The position numbers were made by a program, and so were the translations under genes. DNA of 63,904 nucleotides, the filler included, from Saprolegnia diclina VS20 (Eukaryota): the NCBI RefSeq assembly GCF_000281045.1. It is 9 parts of 3 records of this genome, joined end to end, with 100 filler letters (N's around TTAATTAATTAA, not from the genome) between each part and the next. Parts side by side here need not be neighbours in the genome. Positions count along the whole stretch, not along the records: positions 41,517 to 54,318 come from NW_008246093.1; positions 54,419 to 55,498 come from NW_008246094.1; positions 55,599 to 57,037 come from NW_008246094.1; positions 57,138 to 58,671 come from NW_008246094.1; positions 58,772 to 62,277 come from NW_008246094.1; 4 more parts are not named here. One strand, written 5' to 3'. Below, piece by piece: positions 48,301 through 59,960 of the stretch. The notes beneath the pieces are model-generated. The model was not told the DNA's origin. It did no database searches and saw only the letters and a list, made by a program, of their open reading frames with translations. The first letter of the stretch is position 1. Each line of letters starts with the position of its first letter.

Positions 48301-48842
48301 GAGGTAGAGGTACGATCTGGCGATGGTGCATCGAGCGTCAAGACGTCCTGCATCTCTTGGATCGTGTCCATCGAGACGCTCAGAGGCGCCGGCGCGATGC
48401 GCAGCGAGACCGTCTCCATGTTGACCGTCGTCTTGGCGCGGCTCACGTGGATGAAGCGGTCGTCGCCCTTGCCTTTGCTCTTGGAGAAGAGTCCGTACTT
48501 CTTCGCAACTGTGTGGATATACCGGCGCTCCGTGTTGTCGAGCGAGCTCGGAAACACGACGTCTAGTCGCCTGCATGAGGAGGCGCCATACGCAGTAGGT
48601 CGACGTACGCGGAATCGACGGGTCGTTCATGAGCTCCTTGAGTTGCGTGGCAATGCCCATGCAAAACTCTTCCGAGAGCGCAATCGGCGGGCCGCGCCTA
48701 CGCAAGATTGAGCGCATAGATCGCTGGGAGGACGCTACCCGCCACCGCGCCCACGACCGCCACCGCGTCCTTGTCCGGCGCTGCTGTCCGGCGCCGACCC
48801 GCGGCCACCGCGTCCACGTCCACGGCCTTGTCCGCGCTCCAT
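45371..48842 (-). CDS. R3H-containing DExH-box RNA helicase (YTHDC2/DHX36-like), multi-exon
   Basis: RGG-rich N-terminus, R3H (ERRYIHTVAKKYGLFSKSKG), GDTGCGKST, TQPRRISA, DEVHER, MSAT, FLPGW, ATNIAETS, QRRGRAGR, HA2 and OB-like C-terminus. Confidence 0.92.
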
Positions 48843-49080
48843 CGATTCAATCAAACCGATTTTAAATTTTAAATTCAATCTCGCGTCGATGTTAACCGGT
48901 TATCGGTTCACGGTTGCGAACCGGTTCGAACCGCCGCCGATCGAGGACTTGCACGCATCAGCTGCACGCATCGCGCAGTCGCATACCCCAAAGCAAGCAC
49001 CGAGCGTCCACCAGCGGTGCTCGTAGCGAGCTACCTGGGCGCAGAGGACCAGCGCGTCAAAGACTGTACAAGGAAAGAGA

Positions 49081-49581
49081 CTACGATTTCGGGGATTCGG
49101 CCTCGCTGTCGCTGCTCGAGTCATAGCCCACGAGGCTTGGCTGCTTGGCCGTCTTGGCTCTCTTGGCGGGCAGCGCGGCTTTTGGCGCCGCTACGCGCTT
49201 GGTCGTCGTCGTCGTCTTCTTCTTTGGGACGATGACGATCGGCGCCGTCGTGGGCAGCACGGGCTTTTCGACGAGGTCCGGTACTTCCTGGAGGCGCGGT
49301 TTTGGGCCTTCTTTCCTCTGAAACGCGTAGAACGATCGAACCGCGTCCTTCTCCAGAGCGCGCTCGCGCTCCTCCTTCTCGCGGCCGGCCTGTGCCTGCT
49401 CAACAAGGTACAGCCGGTCCGACGGGTCCAAGAAGCCCCGCCCATCGTACGGCGCGCCATCTGTCATCATGGCGCCGCTGTCCATGGCGGCGACCTGGTC
49501 CATGAGCTGGCGCCCGGCCTCCGTCGTCACGTCGGGCACAGAGCCCTGCATGACATGGTACTCGGTCCGTGGAGCGTTCAT
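49081..49581 (-). CDS. Small nuclear protein, possibly FAM192A/Fyv6-like
   Basis: RGFLDPSDRLYL..EKEERERALE..F segment and C-terminal SLVGYDSSSDSE; coding-like codon bias. Family call tentative. Confidence 0.55.
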   Translation of the reverse strand: MNAPRTEYHVMQGSVPDVTTEAGRQLMDQVAAMDSGAMMTDGAPYDGRGFLDPSDRLYLVEQAQAGREKEERERALEKDAVRSFYAFQRKEGPKPRLQEVPDLVEKPVLPTTAPIVIVPKKKTTTTTKRVAAPKAALPAKRAKTAKQPSLVGYDSSSDSEAESPKS

Positions 49582-50059
49582 CGTCGCTTTCACTGCCCGT
49601 ATCCGGACAACCGGGGAGTTCCGGATAAAATGAGGTACGGTTTAGCGTAAATCCTGCGAATCCTCCAGATTGGTCCTCGGAATTCTCGGTGCAAATCCCT
49701 CACCATTTTCTCACCGCTTGCGTGAGAAGCCTTGCTAGGACAGTACTCACTCGAGATTGGTATCAATCATCTAGGGCATACAATAGATGCCAGAGCGCTT
49801 CTTGCGCTTGATCTTCCTTATTCTTGTCGAGGACCATTTTCCGGATAACTGCCGCTTATTCGTGATGGCCGCCGTTTATTCCTGATGCGGTGGGTGCAAT
49901 TCCTGATCATCGAATTCACCTTCACACATTGGCCAAAATGCAAGCCACAAGCCAATCAAACGCGTTAAAATCCTGCTGGCTGCCAATCGCAGTATCCGCT
50001 CGATTTAGCTGTCTCAGATCCGAAGAGAGACGACGGGTCATGTTGAGAGTTGCCGTAGC

Positions 50060-51124
50060 ATGAACCATGTGCTTGGGTCCCGGGATCTGCTCCTCGTCAT
50101 AGCGTCCTACCAGCGAGGCTTCGACCACGAGACGCTCGTGCTGCGCCGGCTCCTCCGCGACGTCCGGCTGCACGACCTCATCCAGCTCCAGCAGAAGAAC
50201 GCGCCGCAGTACCGCAGTGCGTGCGCCGCTGCCTTTGGCCCGTTCCACGACCGGCTCCGGCCGCGCAGCTTCGTGTACGACTGGGGCCGCCTCCAACTAC
50301 GCTACCACATCCAGTACTATGGCCTCGTGTACGGCCACCTCAGCATCGTGCAGTCCATGACGCCGTTCGACTGCAAGGTGCTGGCCTACACGCAATGGAT
50401 CGTCGCCGCCTTCTTTGGCCACGTGCATGTACTCGCCTTCCTCTACGAGCACGACCGCGCGTGCTACGACACGCGTGCGATGCGCGTCGCATCCTCGAAC
50501 GGCCACCTGGACGTCGTCCGCTTCCTGCACGAGCGCGGGTTCCCGACCGACCGTCTCATGCACCTCGCGTGCGTCGGCGGGCACCTCGCGCTCGCCCAGT
50601 ACGCCCGCGACATGAAGCTCGACTACGGCGTCGGCACGGCGACCATTAACTTCACCGCCAGTAACGGCCACGTCGAGACGCTCCGCTTCCTCCACGAACA
50701 TGGCTACGAAGGCTTCTCGTCGTGCGCGATGGACGCCGCCGCACGCCATGGCCACGTCGCGGTAGTGCGGTTCCTGCACGAGGCGCGGCCCGAGGGCTGC
50801 TCTGAGAAGGCGCTCCTGGACGCAGCCCAGCACGGCCACGTGCAAGTGGTGCGCTTCCTCGAGGCGCATTATACCGCGCTGGACGTCGCCGGCGCGGCGC
50901 GGGTCGCGGCGTACATGGGGCATATGGAGGTCGTCGAGGTGCTTTTGAAGCGACGCCGCCGGGAGATCGAGCTCGGCGACGTTGAAAAGGCCGCGCGGCA
51001 AGGCAAGATCGCGGCCTTCTCGGACCAGCGGAAGCGCGCGTGCCAGATGATCATCGAGTACGCCGGCGGCGGCCACCGCGCCAAGAAGCGCAGCGAGAGC
51101 GCGGATTCGTGTCGTATTCAGTAG
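50060..51124 (+). CDS. Ankyrin-repeat protein, short distant relative of the array family
   Basis: HVLGSRDLLLVIASYQRG N-terminus; repeats AMRVASSNGHLDVVRFLHE and AMDAAARHGHVAVVRFLHE. Confidence 0.88.
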   Translation: MNHVLGSRDLLLVIASYQRGFDHETLVLRRLLRDVRLHDLIQLQQKNAPQYRSACAAAFGPFHDRLRPRSFVYDWGRLQLRYHIQYYGLVYGHLSIVQSMTPFDCKVLAYTQWIVAAFFGHVHVLAFLYEHDRACYDTRAMRVASSNGHLDVVRFLHERGFPTDRLMHLACVGGHLALAQYARDMKLDYGVGTATINFTASNGHVETLRFLHEHGYEGFSSCAMDAAARHGHVAVVRFLHEARPEGCSEKALLDAAQHGHVQVVRFLEAHYTALDVAGAARVAAYMGHMEVVEVLLKRRRREIELGDVEKAARQGKIAAFSDQRKRACQMIIEYAGGGHRAKKRSESADSCRIQ

Positions 51125-51248
51125 CGTATTATGAGCAACATGACGTGTAGTTGTTGGACGTGCCGCCTGTCTAACGCGTCGTGCGTTGAGCCGTTGCCGG
51201 TTCGAAGGTCAAGATGGGCGATCTGCCGCAGAGTCATTTGCCGATTCC

Positions 51249-52521
51249 ATGGCTTCCGAGGTAGGACCTCTACCGATGCACTCCTTGCCGTACGAAGTCG
51301 CATCTAGAGTATGCCGCCTTGTATCGTGGGACTGCTCCAGAGCCTGCAACCGTCGTCCGACTGGACGATCCGCGTGCAGGTAAATGGTGCTCGTAGCGCT
51401 TAGACGACAACCGTGGACTAGGCGCTGCGAACGATCGCCGAGTGGGCGACGTGGGAGCGTAGTCAGAGCTCCCACTGCTTTCTCAACGGCGTGCACGAGC
51501 TTCGAGACGCGATTGCCAACCACGTGTGCGACTTGCGCTCGGCGGTCGTCAAGGAGGCCTGCGCGACCATCGCAGTGCTCGCATCGACGATGAAAGAGGC
51601 CGCGTTCCAGGCCCACATCGACGTCTTTCTTTCGAGTCTTCTCAAGGCCGTCGTCGCCTCCATCGAGGTACGGCCTTCCTCGACGAACCTCGAAACAAAA
51701 TGGCGTAGGTGGTGGCGCAGGCAGCCGACGACTGCATCCGGACCATGCTCCAGAACACACGCACGGGCCACTACTCGGTCTTGCCCAAGTACGCTGCTCT
51801 TCCCATGGAAGGCTACCGCTAATGCAAGGTGTGCAGGCTGACCGAGGCGGCGGCGTCCAAGAGCCCGACCTTGCGCCGCGTTTGCATCGAGTACTTTGAC
51901 GTGATCACGGTGGCGTGGAATGCCAAGTTTTTGCTACGGTACCCTACCCTCAACAATCGTTGACCGTCTTAACCTCCACGTAGACACAATGTGCCCGACT
52001 GCATGGCCAAACACCTCTTGCTCGGTCTCTGCGACGCCAACAGCGCAGTCCGCGCCTCCAGTCGCAAGACGTTCTGGACATTCCAAGCACGGTTTCCGGT
52101 ATGATCCGCCCTCTGCGCTCAGAAGTGACGCGGTGGCGTTTAGGGAAAGGCCAAGCTGGTCTGGGAGAAGCTTGAATACACAACGAAAAGCGCGCTCCTC
52201 CAAGGCGGGTCCGTGGCCGCCTTTGACGACAAGAGCATTCACTCTCCCCACGAAAGCGACGTGAGCAGTCAGACCAGCTACGGATTGAGCGCGGTCTTTG
52301 CCCGTTTGTATCAACCGCACTACTTCCAAGACCGCGCGCTGCGGCTCGCCAAGCTCAAAGAGGAGCAGGACCTGCGGCTGTGTACCTTTACCCCCGCGAA
52401 GAGGCGTCTCCAGCGCACCAAGAGCAGCAAGGGAAAAGCTCTCAGCGTCACACTGCCGTCGCCGCCGCCGTACGCAGAGATAGTGTCCAAGCGCCACGCC
52501 TCGACGGTCGCCTGCAGCTAA
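51249..52521 (+). CDS. TOG/CLASP N-terminal HEAT-domain protein, multi-exon
   Basis: DWTIRVQAL, DLRSAVVKEAC, SKSPTLRRVCIEY, DANSAVRASSRKTFW; C-terminal FARLY..CTFTP. Confidence 0.75.
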
Positions 52522-52653
52522 TTCAGATGTGTGATTCCATGACGTGGCAATGTCTGTCCCTTGGAACCAGGGAGCCCGTCTGCGATTGGGCAATTTAGTA
52601 ACCAATCACCATTACGCAGCTGTGGGTTTTGGCAAATCACATTAGAGGCGAAG

Positions 52654-54159
52654 ATGACACGTGCTGCCAAGACCGCTCGCGTGACGCCCGACGGGCTACT
52701 GCAGCCCGGCCTCATCGAGGCGATTGCGCGCTTCGTGCCGTCGGCCGACGACTTTATCGACTTTGTTGAAGCCTTTCCTGAGGAGCTCTGGACGCCGGCG
52801 CTGGCCGCGTTCATGGCTCTCTGCGACTTCCGGCACCCCGACCTCCAGGTCCATTGGCCGTGGATCGAGGTCAACGACACGGAGCTGCCGCCGGAGCTGC
52901 TGGACCTGCTGCGCAACGTTGCGCCGCTGCGCCTACCTCTTCACATGAGCGGTACCGTGCGTCGTCTCCAGGGACTACCCGCTCTCATAGCAGCCGCCAG
53001 TCCACTCATCACAACCCTCGTGGTCGAGTTCGAGGCCGAGATGATGAGCGCCGGTGACGGTCAAGCGATCGCCGATCTAATCTTGCACTGCCCATTGCTG
53101 CATACGCTCGACGTCACGGTCATGTCGGACGTTCAGAACGACAACGAGGTCTCCGAACTCCCGGCGCTACTGCATGCGATCCCACACCCGGCTGTGCGCC
53201 AGCTGATCCTGCACTTGCATCAAGCGCGTGCTGTGCCTCAGGTCGGGTGCCTAGTCGCGCAGTGGCTGCGTACAGTGCCGGGCGACGAGCTCGTCTTTTC
53301 TCGAGCGCCAGGATTGGACCCGGAGGACGTGCCGACGCTCTGCGACGCATTCCAAGCCAACTCGACGCTCACCAAGATCTCAGTGCACGACGTGCCGGGC
53401 CTTGACGGCTTTCACGGCCGCCGACTGCCGCGCACGTTGCGCAGCTTTTCGTGGAACGTTTTTGTGAGTCGGCTCGACGACCCGCCCGCCCCGACGGACG
53501 CCATTCTGGACGACCTCGCACATGCTCTCGAGCACACCAAGCTCGAGAAGCTCGGCTGCAACGACATTGGGAAACTTCGCTGGCGTCTGCCCGCGTGGAC
53601 GCTGGTCGATCACGTGCAGTCGATCGACTGCTTCATCCGCAACGAAGCCCACATGGCGGAGCTCTGCGTCGTCCTCCCAACGCTCCCGGCGCTCACCTCC
53701 ATCTCGATGCGGCTGGCTATGTTCAGCACACCGATGCTCATTCTTCTTATCCGGACTTTGACGCGCTGCCACGTCACGAAGCTGGACATCTCGTGTGCTT
53801 CGTTTGGCCGCGAAGCCCTCAAGGTCTTGCTGGCTGCTGTGCCCGATCTCCCCACGCTGCAGTCGGTCCACGCGGCTTCGAATCTCTGGACCAACCTCGA
53901 TTTGTTTCACCTCTGCCGAGAGCTCGTAGCTGCGGGACGCCACCTTGAGGAGCTCGCGCTCGCTGAATACATCACGTACGGCGCTGCCGAGAACACCACC
54001 AACTACGATGCCGTACTTCGGATGGTCTCGCTCGTCGAGAACCCGCCATTTGTCGTTCGCAACCTGCCCAGTCATATTGAAGATGACGTTGCTGAGGCGC
54101 TCTCGCCATCGGAAGACTCGTCCGGCCGCTGCAAGCTCTCCTTGCGCCTTGCGTCGTAA
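52654..54159 (+). CDS. RNI-like leucine-rich repeat protein
   Basis: About 500-aa intronless ORF with CPLLHTLDV, NSTLTKISV, LPALTSISM, VTKLDIS, LPTLQSVHA, LEELAL. Confidence 0.75.
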   Translation: MTRAAKTARVTPDGLLQPGLIEAIARFVPSADDFIDFVEAFPEELWTPALAAFMALCDFRHPDLQVHWPWIEVNDTELPPELLDLLRNVAPLRLPLHMSGTVRRLQGLPALIAAASPLITTLVVEFEAEMMSAGDGQAIADLILHCPLLHTLDVTVMSDVQNDNEVSELPALLHAIPHPAVRQLILHLHQARAVPQVGCLVAQWLRTVPGDELVFSRAPGLDPEDVPTLCDAFQANSTLTKISVHDVPGLDGFHGRRLPRTLRSFSWNVFVSRLDDPPAPTDAILDDLAHALEHTKLEKLGCNDIGKLRWRLPAWTLVDHVQSIDCFIRNEAHMAELCVVLPTLPALTSISMRLAMFSTPMLILLIRTLTRCHVTKLDISCASFGREALKVLLAAVPDLPTLQSVHAASNLWTNLDLFHLCRELVAAGRHLEELALAEYITYGAAENTTNYDAVLRMVSLVENPPFVVRNLPSHIEDDVAEALSPSEDSSGRCKLSLRLAS

Positions 54160-54418
54160 AAGCACTCTTCATTCTCCTGTAAGCAATAATGTAACATGCA
54201 AAGACTTTGGTGCACTCGATTGTCACTTCTACAAGGTCTACCGCCATCGCTGAACGCTCCGAACCGCTCCATCCGATGGCAATTCGTCAAAACGTTCGTG
54301 CCGGGGGTGCATAAATTTNNNNNNNNNNNNNNNNNNNNNNNNNNNNNNNNNNNNNNNNNNNNTTAATTAATTAANNNNNNNNNNNNNNNNNNNNNNNNNN
54401 NNNNNNNNNNNNNNNNNN

Positions 54419-54513
54419 GCGACGCCGTTATCGTAGCCAAAGAAGATGCCGCCGAGCGACGCAAAGGCGCAGACGCAGACCGCGTAAAAGTTCTCACGGA
54501 GGGGCGACGACAT
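54419..54513 (-). CDS. 5' end of a second, tandem MFS sugar transporter copy (remainder in gap)
   Basis: 95 nt identical to 56943-57037, encoding MSSPLRENFYAVCVCAFASLGGIFFGYDNGV. Confidence 0.7.
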
Positions 54514-55444
54514 GGAGGAAGCCGACCTTGGTGGAGAAAAGAGGGTTGGAAATGACTCGGGGTAAATTGAAAAGTGAATGGTTTGGTGGAACTTGTGTAT
54601 GTGTTTCGACCGTACGTGGCGGTGCTGGGACATGCATTTCGTTTCGTTGCTGCTTGCCTGACGCCAGCGGGTCGCGTCGTGTGATATTCCTAGTGGTGGT
54701 GGAGGCTCGCCGTCCAACGGCCGACGTGGACGCTGCCAATGAACGGGATCGGACTCGCTAAAAGATGATGCAACGCTTTGTGAATGCTGAGCGCTGGTCG
54801 CATCAGACGCCCGATGCTAGCGCCTTGCACGGTACCAACATCCGATGCACGCGTGATGCGCGCAGGACCTTGCCCATCATATCCAAGTTCGATGGGAGGG
54901 GCTTGAAGCACCCATATACGTTCTCCCAAAGCACCTCGGTGTCGTGCAATAGCTGGCGCATTTAATGCAGCAAGAACCTACGGGTGGCGCCGACGGCCAG
55001 AGCAAATGCGCGCCGCACGGCTATTTTTACAGCCTCAAGGATTCACTGGATTTCAGCCTACGTTTTCTATGCAATCGGGCTGCTGATTGGACGGCGATTG
55101 GCGCAGAACCATGCGTCATGGGTGACAGTGGGTGTCCGCGATCGTCTCAAAACCTCTATCAACACATATATGCTGATTACAGATACCGTTTTTCGAGCTT
55201 GACAGTCTGCAAATACTCTATCCTTTTATACTCCGTGCAAATACATACTTTTCATGTTGAAGTTGAGTCCTGCATTGGCGACGACATGTAGCATGGATCT
55301 ATCGCGAGACGGATGTCGAGACACGCGAAATCTCACACATGAGGACCATCTTTTATACTCTTGACCGACTCTTGCTATGGCGCGACAAGCCATCACAGAA
55401 AAAAGCCGAGTAATAATCACACACTATCTGCTATTGATACAAGT

Positions 55445-57037
55445 TTAAACCGCGGTCTGGTCCGGCGTCTTGTGGGTCTTGTACGCAGGCTTCTCACCNN
55501 NNNNNNNNNNNNNNNNNNNNNNNNNNNNNNNNNNNNNNNNNNTTAATTAATTAANNNNNNNNNNNNNNNNNNNNNNNNNNNNNNNNNNNNNNNNNNNNGC
55601 CTTGGTAAAGAGCTGCTCAATGTCTTCGAGCACGAGACCCTTCGTCTCCGGGCACTTGAAGTACACAAACGTCATCGCGAGGAAGCAGAGACCCGCAAAG
55701 AGGTAGAAGACGCCGTTGATGTTGATGTACGGGAAGAGCTTGGGCACACCGATCATGACCGCGCCCATGGCCCAGTTCATCATGGTCGACACCGAGACCG
55801 CCTTGGCGCGCACGTTCATGGGGAAGATCTCGGCCGGGTAGATCCAGCAGATCGGACCCCACGAAATCGCAAAGTTGAAGATGAACACCATCGTCGAGAT
55901 GACCATGACCCAGCCCGCGCTCTTGGAGCACCCGAGCGACACCGTGTCACCGTCGCAACCGATCGTAAACGCCGTCGCCGAGACAACGTGGCCGACGACC
56001 ATACCGATACCGCCGATGAGGAGCAAGCTGCGACGACCGTAACTGTCGACCCAGCGCATGGCCGGGATCGTCGAGAGGAAGTTGACGATTTGGATCATGA
56101 GAAGACAGATGATGCCCTGGTTGAGCACGTCCTTGAAGATCTGACCGCCGTACGCAAAGACGGGGTTGACGCCCGTGGCTTGCTGCAGCACTTGGAGGCA
56201 CATGGCAATGTACAGGCGGCGGCGGATCGACGGGTCGGTCCAGACATCCGACCACGTGGTCTCGGCCGTGCCTTCTTCTTCGAGGACGTCGCCGATCGCG
56301 TTGAGCTCTTCGTCGACGTTGTCGTTCTTGCGCAGGCGCTTGAGCTGGACCGCGGCGGGCTCACGACCCTTGGCCTTGTACGTCCAGCGCGGCGACTCGG
56401 GCACGCAAAAGATACCGAGCATGACGACAACGGGGAAGAAGAGACCGATGCCGACCGTGATGCGCCAGCCTTGGTTGACGTCCTGGACGATCGCGTTGAT
56501 GATACCGGCAAGCATGATACCGGTCACACCCGCCATCTGCATGAGACCCGAGAGCATACCGCGGAGCTCCTTGGGGGCCATCTCGGCGCCAAAGACGGGC
56601 AGCGAGAACGAGGCGTTGCCGACGCCAAAGCCTTGGATGACACGGGCGACAAACACTTGAGCGCGCGCGCCGTGGCCGGCCGTGACGAGGATGACGCTAC
56701 CGGTGCAGTACAAGACAGCAGCCGAGAAGATGGTGAGGCGGCGGCCGTACTTGTCGGCCGTGTAGCCGCCGATGATGGCGCCAAACATGCAGCCGACGTA
56801 GTAGAGCACGTTGTAGACGGTGGTAAAGTTGATCCAGTTGTCCGGGAGGTTGGCGGTGGACGCATTACAGGCGGCCTCGGTGTTGCCGCCGTAGCCGATG
56901 CAAAAGTCGGCGAGGAACGAAGGCATGACCATAACGCCGCCAGCGACGCCGTTATCGTAGCCAAAGAAGATGCCGCCGAGCGACGCAAAGGCGCAGACGC
57001 AGACCGCGTAAAAGTTCTCACGGAGGGGCGACGACAT
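55445..57037 (-). CDS. MFS sugar-porter (hexose transporter)
   Basis: FGYDNG, DKYGRR, EMAPKELRG, PESPRW, QQATG, SWGPICWIYPAEIFP, PETKG. Probable tail GEKPAYKTHKTPDQTAV* at 55445-55498 across the gap. Confidence 0.95.
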
Positions 57038-57137
57038 NNNNNNNNNNNNNNNNNNNNNNNNNNNNNNNNNNNNNNNNNNNNTTAATTAATTAANNNNNNN
57101 NNNNNNNNNNNNNNNNNNNNNNNNNNNNNNNNNNNNN

Positions 57138-57189
57138 CGAGCGGCGCAGCAAGCGCGAGCAGCGAGAGAACCGCGTTGGGACTCACCAT
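57138..57189 (-). CDS. Possible 5' end of a secreted protein (cut by gap)
   Basis: ATG followed by signal-peptide-like MVSPNAVLSLLALAAPL; only 17 codons visible. Confidence 0.35.
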
Positions 57190-58269
57190 TGCTGTCGAGA
57201 CTGCCAAATATGAAATGGTACTCGATCTACGTCGAGAGTGTCGAGTGCTGTAGAACCACGAGGTTCGTCATCGAGCATTGCTCGCACAGCAAAAAGAGTG
57301 GCGCTGGGAATGATTTGCGAACCATATGATTGCTTAGAAACTGGATACGTGCGGCCAGAAGAGGTTTGGCTTGGCATGCCAACTGGACACGACTCGTGCT
57401 CTCAACTTGGTCTTTGTGAGAAGAGACCTGTTTTCGTGCATACGTGTAACACCTCACACTCTGCGAGTAGCTGAGCAATTATATTTGTACTATGGTGCCG
57501 GTCTGGCGACGAGAGATGTCGGGTAACTGAGAGGGAACACACGGGTCGTCAGCTAGACACTGGGTCCGCCAATGATTCGTTTGCCCAAGACAGTGCCACG
57601 AAACAAGCAAAAGAAACGACATCAGAGCTACGTTGTAGTTGTGGACGAGCGACGTCTTTGTAACACGGCCTGTCGTGGCGTCGCAGCAAGAGAGGCAGGC
57701 ATATTGTTCGACGTGTTTCTCACGACCCAAGTACTGTGCCGGCGTCGGTCGATGAGCCCAAGGGCCCATAAACTGTTCATGGACGGCAAGGACGGTTCGC
57801 TTTATTAGTGTGACAGCTCGAACGCTGCCGTCCGTTGGGAACTCCATTGCGAAACAAGCAACACGTGAAGACCCGAAATGTTGTCTCTGCCACGCAAAAT
57901 AGAAGTGCGCCCGTGCCCGCGGTCAAAGACCTTTCTGTATCGCACTACGTATTGGAGCATCCACGAGGGTTCCTTGGGTCATGCTCGGTCCATACCGTCG
58001 CTTGAATATTTGAACTGCTCGGTACAAAGTCCCTGCAACGTCCCTAATCGTCGTCGTGCTTACAGTATGTTTTCTGTGTGGTCCTTCTCGCCCTCGTCAT
58101 TTGCATCTCTTGCGCTCGTATGCACTCAGTCCAAGTTACATCCACAGGACAACAGGCCAAAGCTTGATGGATCAAGAAATGCTTTTCCGCTGAAGCATGT
58201 AGTAGTAGTGCCTGTCGAAACGAGCTATTTAAGCATGGCGAAGCCGGTTTGTCGGGCGGCTCGCTGAGA

Positions 58270-58450
58270 GGCAAGTGGAGCACGCCCCGCGACTCTCAAG
58301 CTTGCTCTTGAGCCAGCACGTGTTGCCGTTGACCGTAAAGCCCTTGCAGCCACCCGAGGAGCATGCACTGCATCCCGCACTCAGCTTGCTTTCGTTGTTG
58401 CCCGACACCCCAAGGCTCATGATGTCGTTGCCGTAGTAGTCGACATTGCG
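58270..58450 (-). pseudogene. Isolated PAN/apple module remnant
   Basis: NVDYYGNDI..CSAC..GCKGFTVNGNTCWLKS. An in-frame stop lies just upstream and no signal peptide is seen. Confidence 0.6.
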
Positions 58451-58795
58451 TTACTGAGACCCTCATCGGCACGATTGGCCAGATAGTCTGTGCTTGACCC
58501 AAGTCCGGCGCTGTTTTCAGCGCTCACCCAGAGCTTGGTCTGGTTATGTGACCTGTCTGGTTAAAATTGACTAGTCGACAGGGATGTCCACATTGCGTAG
58601 ACTGTGCATGGTGATATCTGCACACATGATACCTCCATGCTCTCGATGCTGCATAAATTACCAGGCAAAATNNNNNNNNNNNNNNNNNNNNNNNNNNNNN
58701 NNNNNNNNNNNNNNNTTAATTAATTAANNNNNNNNNNNNNNNNNNNNNNNNNNNNNNNNNNNNNNNNNNNNGGCATATCGATGTTATTCGTGATC

Positions 58796-59872
58796 TTACT
58801 TGCCGATTCCAAATCTAGCTAGACGACCGAGTGGTTTTGCTGTTGGATGCACCGACGACATTTGAGCGGGTGGTGTAGTTGTTTGTGGCTGGGCTTCGTA
58901 GTTGGATTGAGTTGTAGGCTGTTCGGGAACTTGGATTGTTGTTGTTGTCGTTTGGGTATTCTGGTGTTGGTTGGAGTCCGTGCGACTCTGCGCTGTAGTT
59001 GCGGTCGTGGTGGTCTTTAATGTATGGGGGCCTTCGTTTTTCTGATCGGCCGTGCCTGCAAATCCTTCGTCGTGCGGAGGGTGCCCAAAATCAATCGTGA
59101 TAGTTGGGAACTGCACCGAAGACTTCTTTGCGCATACTTGAACCACGCAGATGAGAAACTGAAGCACCAAGATAACACCAAGCGCTTGGTCGCACGAATT
59201 GTCAAAGAGCAGACTGCGAATCTCGAACGCTGTTTTGGCAACGATGAGTACGTGCTCCGGCAACTCGGCTACGCGCAACACCTTACGCACAAGCGACGCC
59301 GTTGCGTCGAGCGAGTCGGGCTCATACGTGGTGTCGCTCGACGTAAAGTTCGCGGCCTTGTACGCAGCAATCGCGGCAAGAATGTCGGTCGTCGACATCA
59401 CAATTAAAAGGAGCACGGAAACAATCGATGGGCTTGCATGCAGTGCCACATAGATGTTGCCAAGACCTTGCTTATCGTGTTGAGCTCGCGCGACGGCCGT
59501 TGCTTCACAAAGTGCCGTGTACGAGACTTGCCCTTGGCAAAACTGTGGAGACGACGCCGTGCATGCTACGTCACAGGCAGCCAAAAGGGCCGATGAGCCC
59601 CACATGGAGGAGTGGTACGTCATGTTGGCTTGTAAATCCACGCAAAGGTTCTCGCAGAGTAGCATTGGATCGTCGTCGCACCGCGCTCGGCGCACTTGGT
59701 GATGGTCGCAGTACCGCTTACATTGCTGTACGAAGGTTGCATCTTGCGGCGTTAAGTTCGGGCTCGCTGTATTGCTGCTGCCGTGAGGCACCGACGATAC
59801 AAGCTGCACCAAGAGGTACACAATCGCAGCAAACGTCGCTGCATTGCGGATGGTGCGCACGGAAGTCGGCAT
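58796..59872 (-). CDS. Hypothetical membrane protein with Cys-rich domain and Thr/Gln-rich tail
   Basis: Long ORF with an N-terminal hydrophobic segment, CxxxC motifs (CKRYC, CENLC, CDVAC) and two more hydrophobic stretches. Confidence 0.55.
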   Translation of the reverse strand: MPTSVRTIRNAATFAAIVYLLVQLVSSVPHGSSNTASPNLTPQDATFVQQCKRYCDHHQVRRARCDDDPMLLCENLCVDLQANMTYHSSMWGSSALLAACDVACTASSPQFCQGQVSYTALCEATAVARAQHDKQGLGNIYVALHASPSIVSVLLLIVMSTTDILAAIAAYKAANFTSSDTTYEPDSLDATASLVRKVLRVAELPEHVLIVAKTAFEIRSLLFDNSCDQALGVILVLQFLICVVQVCAKKSSVQFPTITIDFGHPPHDEGFAGTADQKNEGPHTLKTTTTATTAQSRTDSNQHQNTQTTTTTIQVPEQPTTQSNYEAQPQTTTPPAQMSSVHPTAKPLGRLARFGIGK

Positions 59873-59960
59873 GGAACGGGCAATTTTGCAACTGCTAGGT
59901 AAAATTAGAAGTAGATTTCCTTCAACCAACGCGTCGCTTGCGCAAATTTCGACACAAGAC

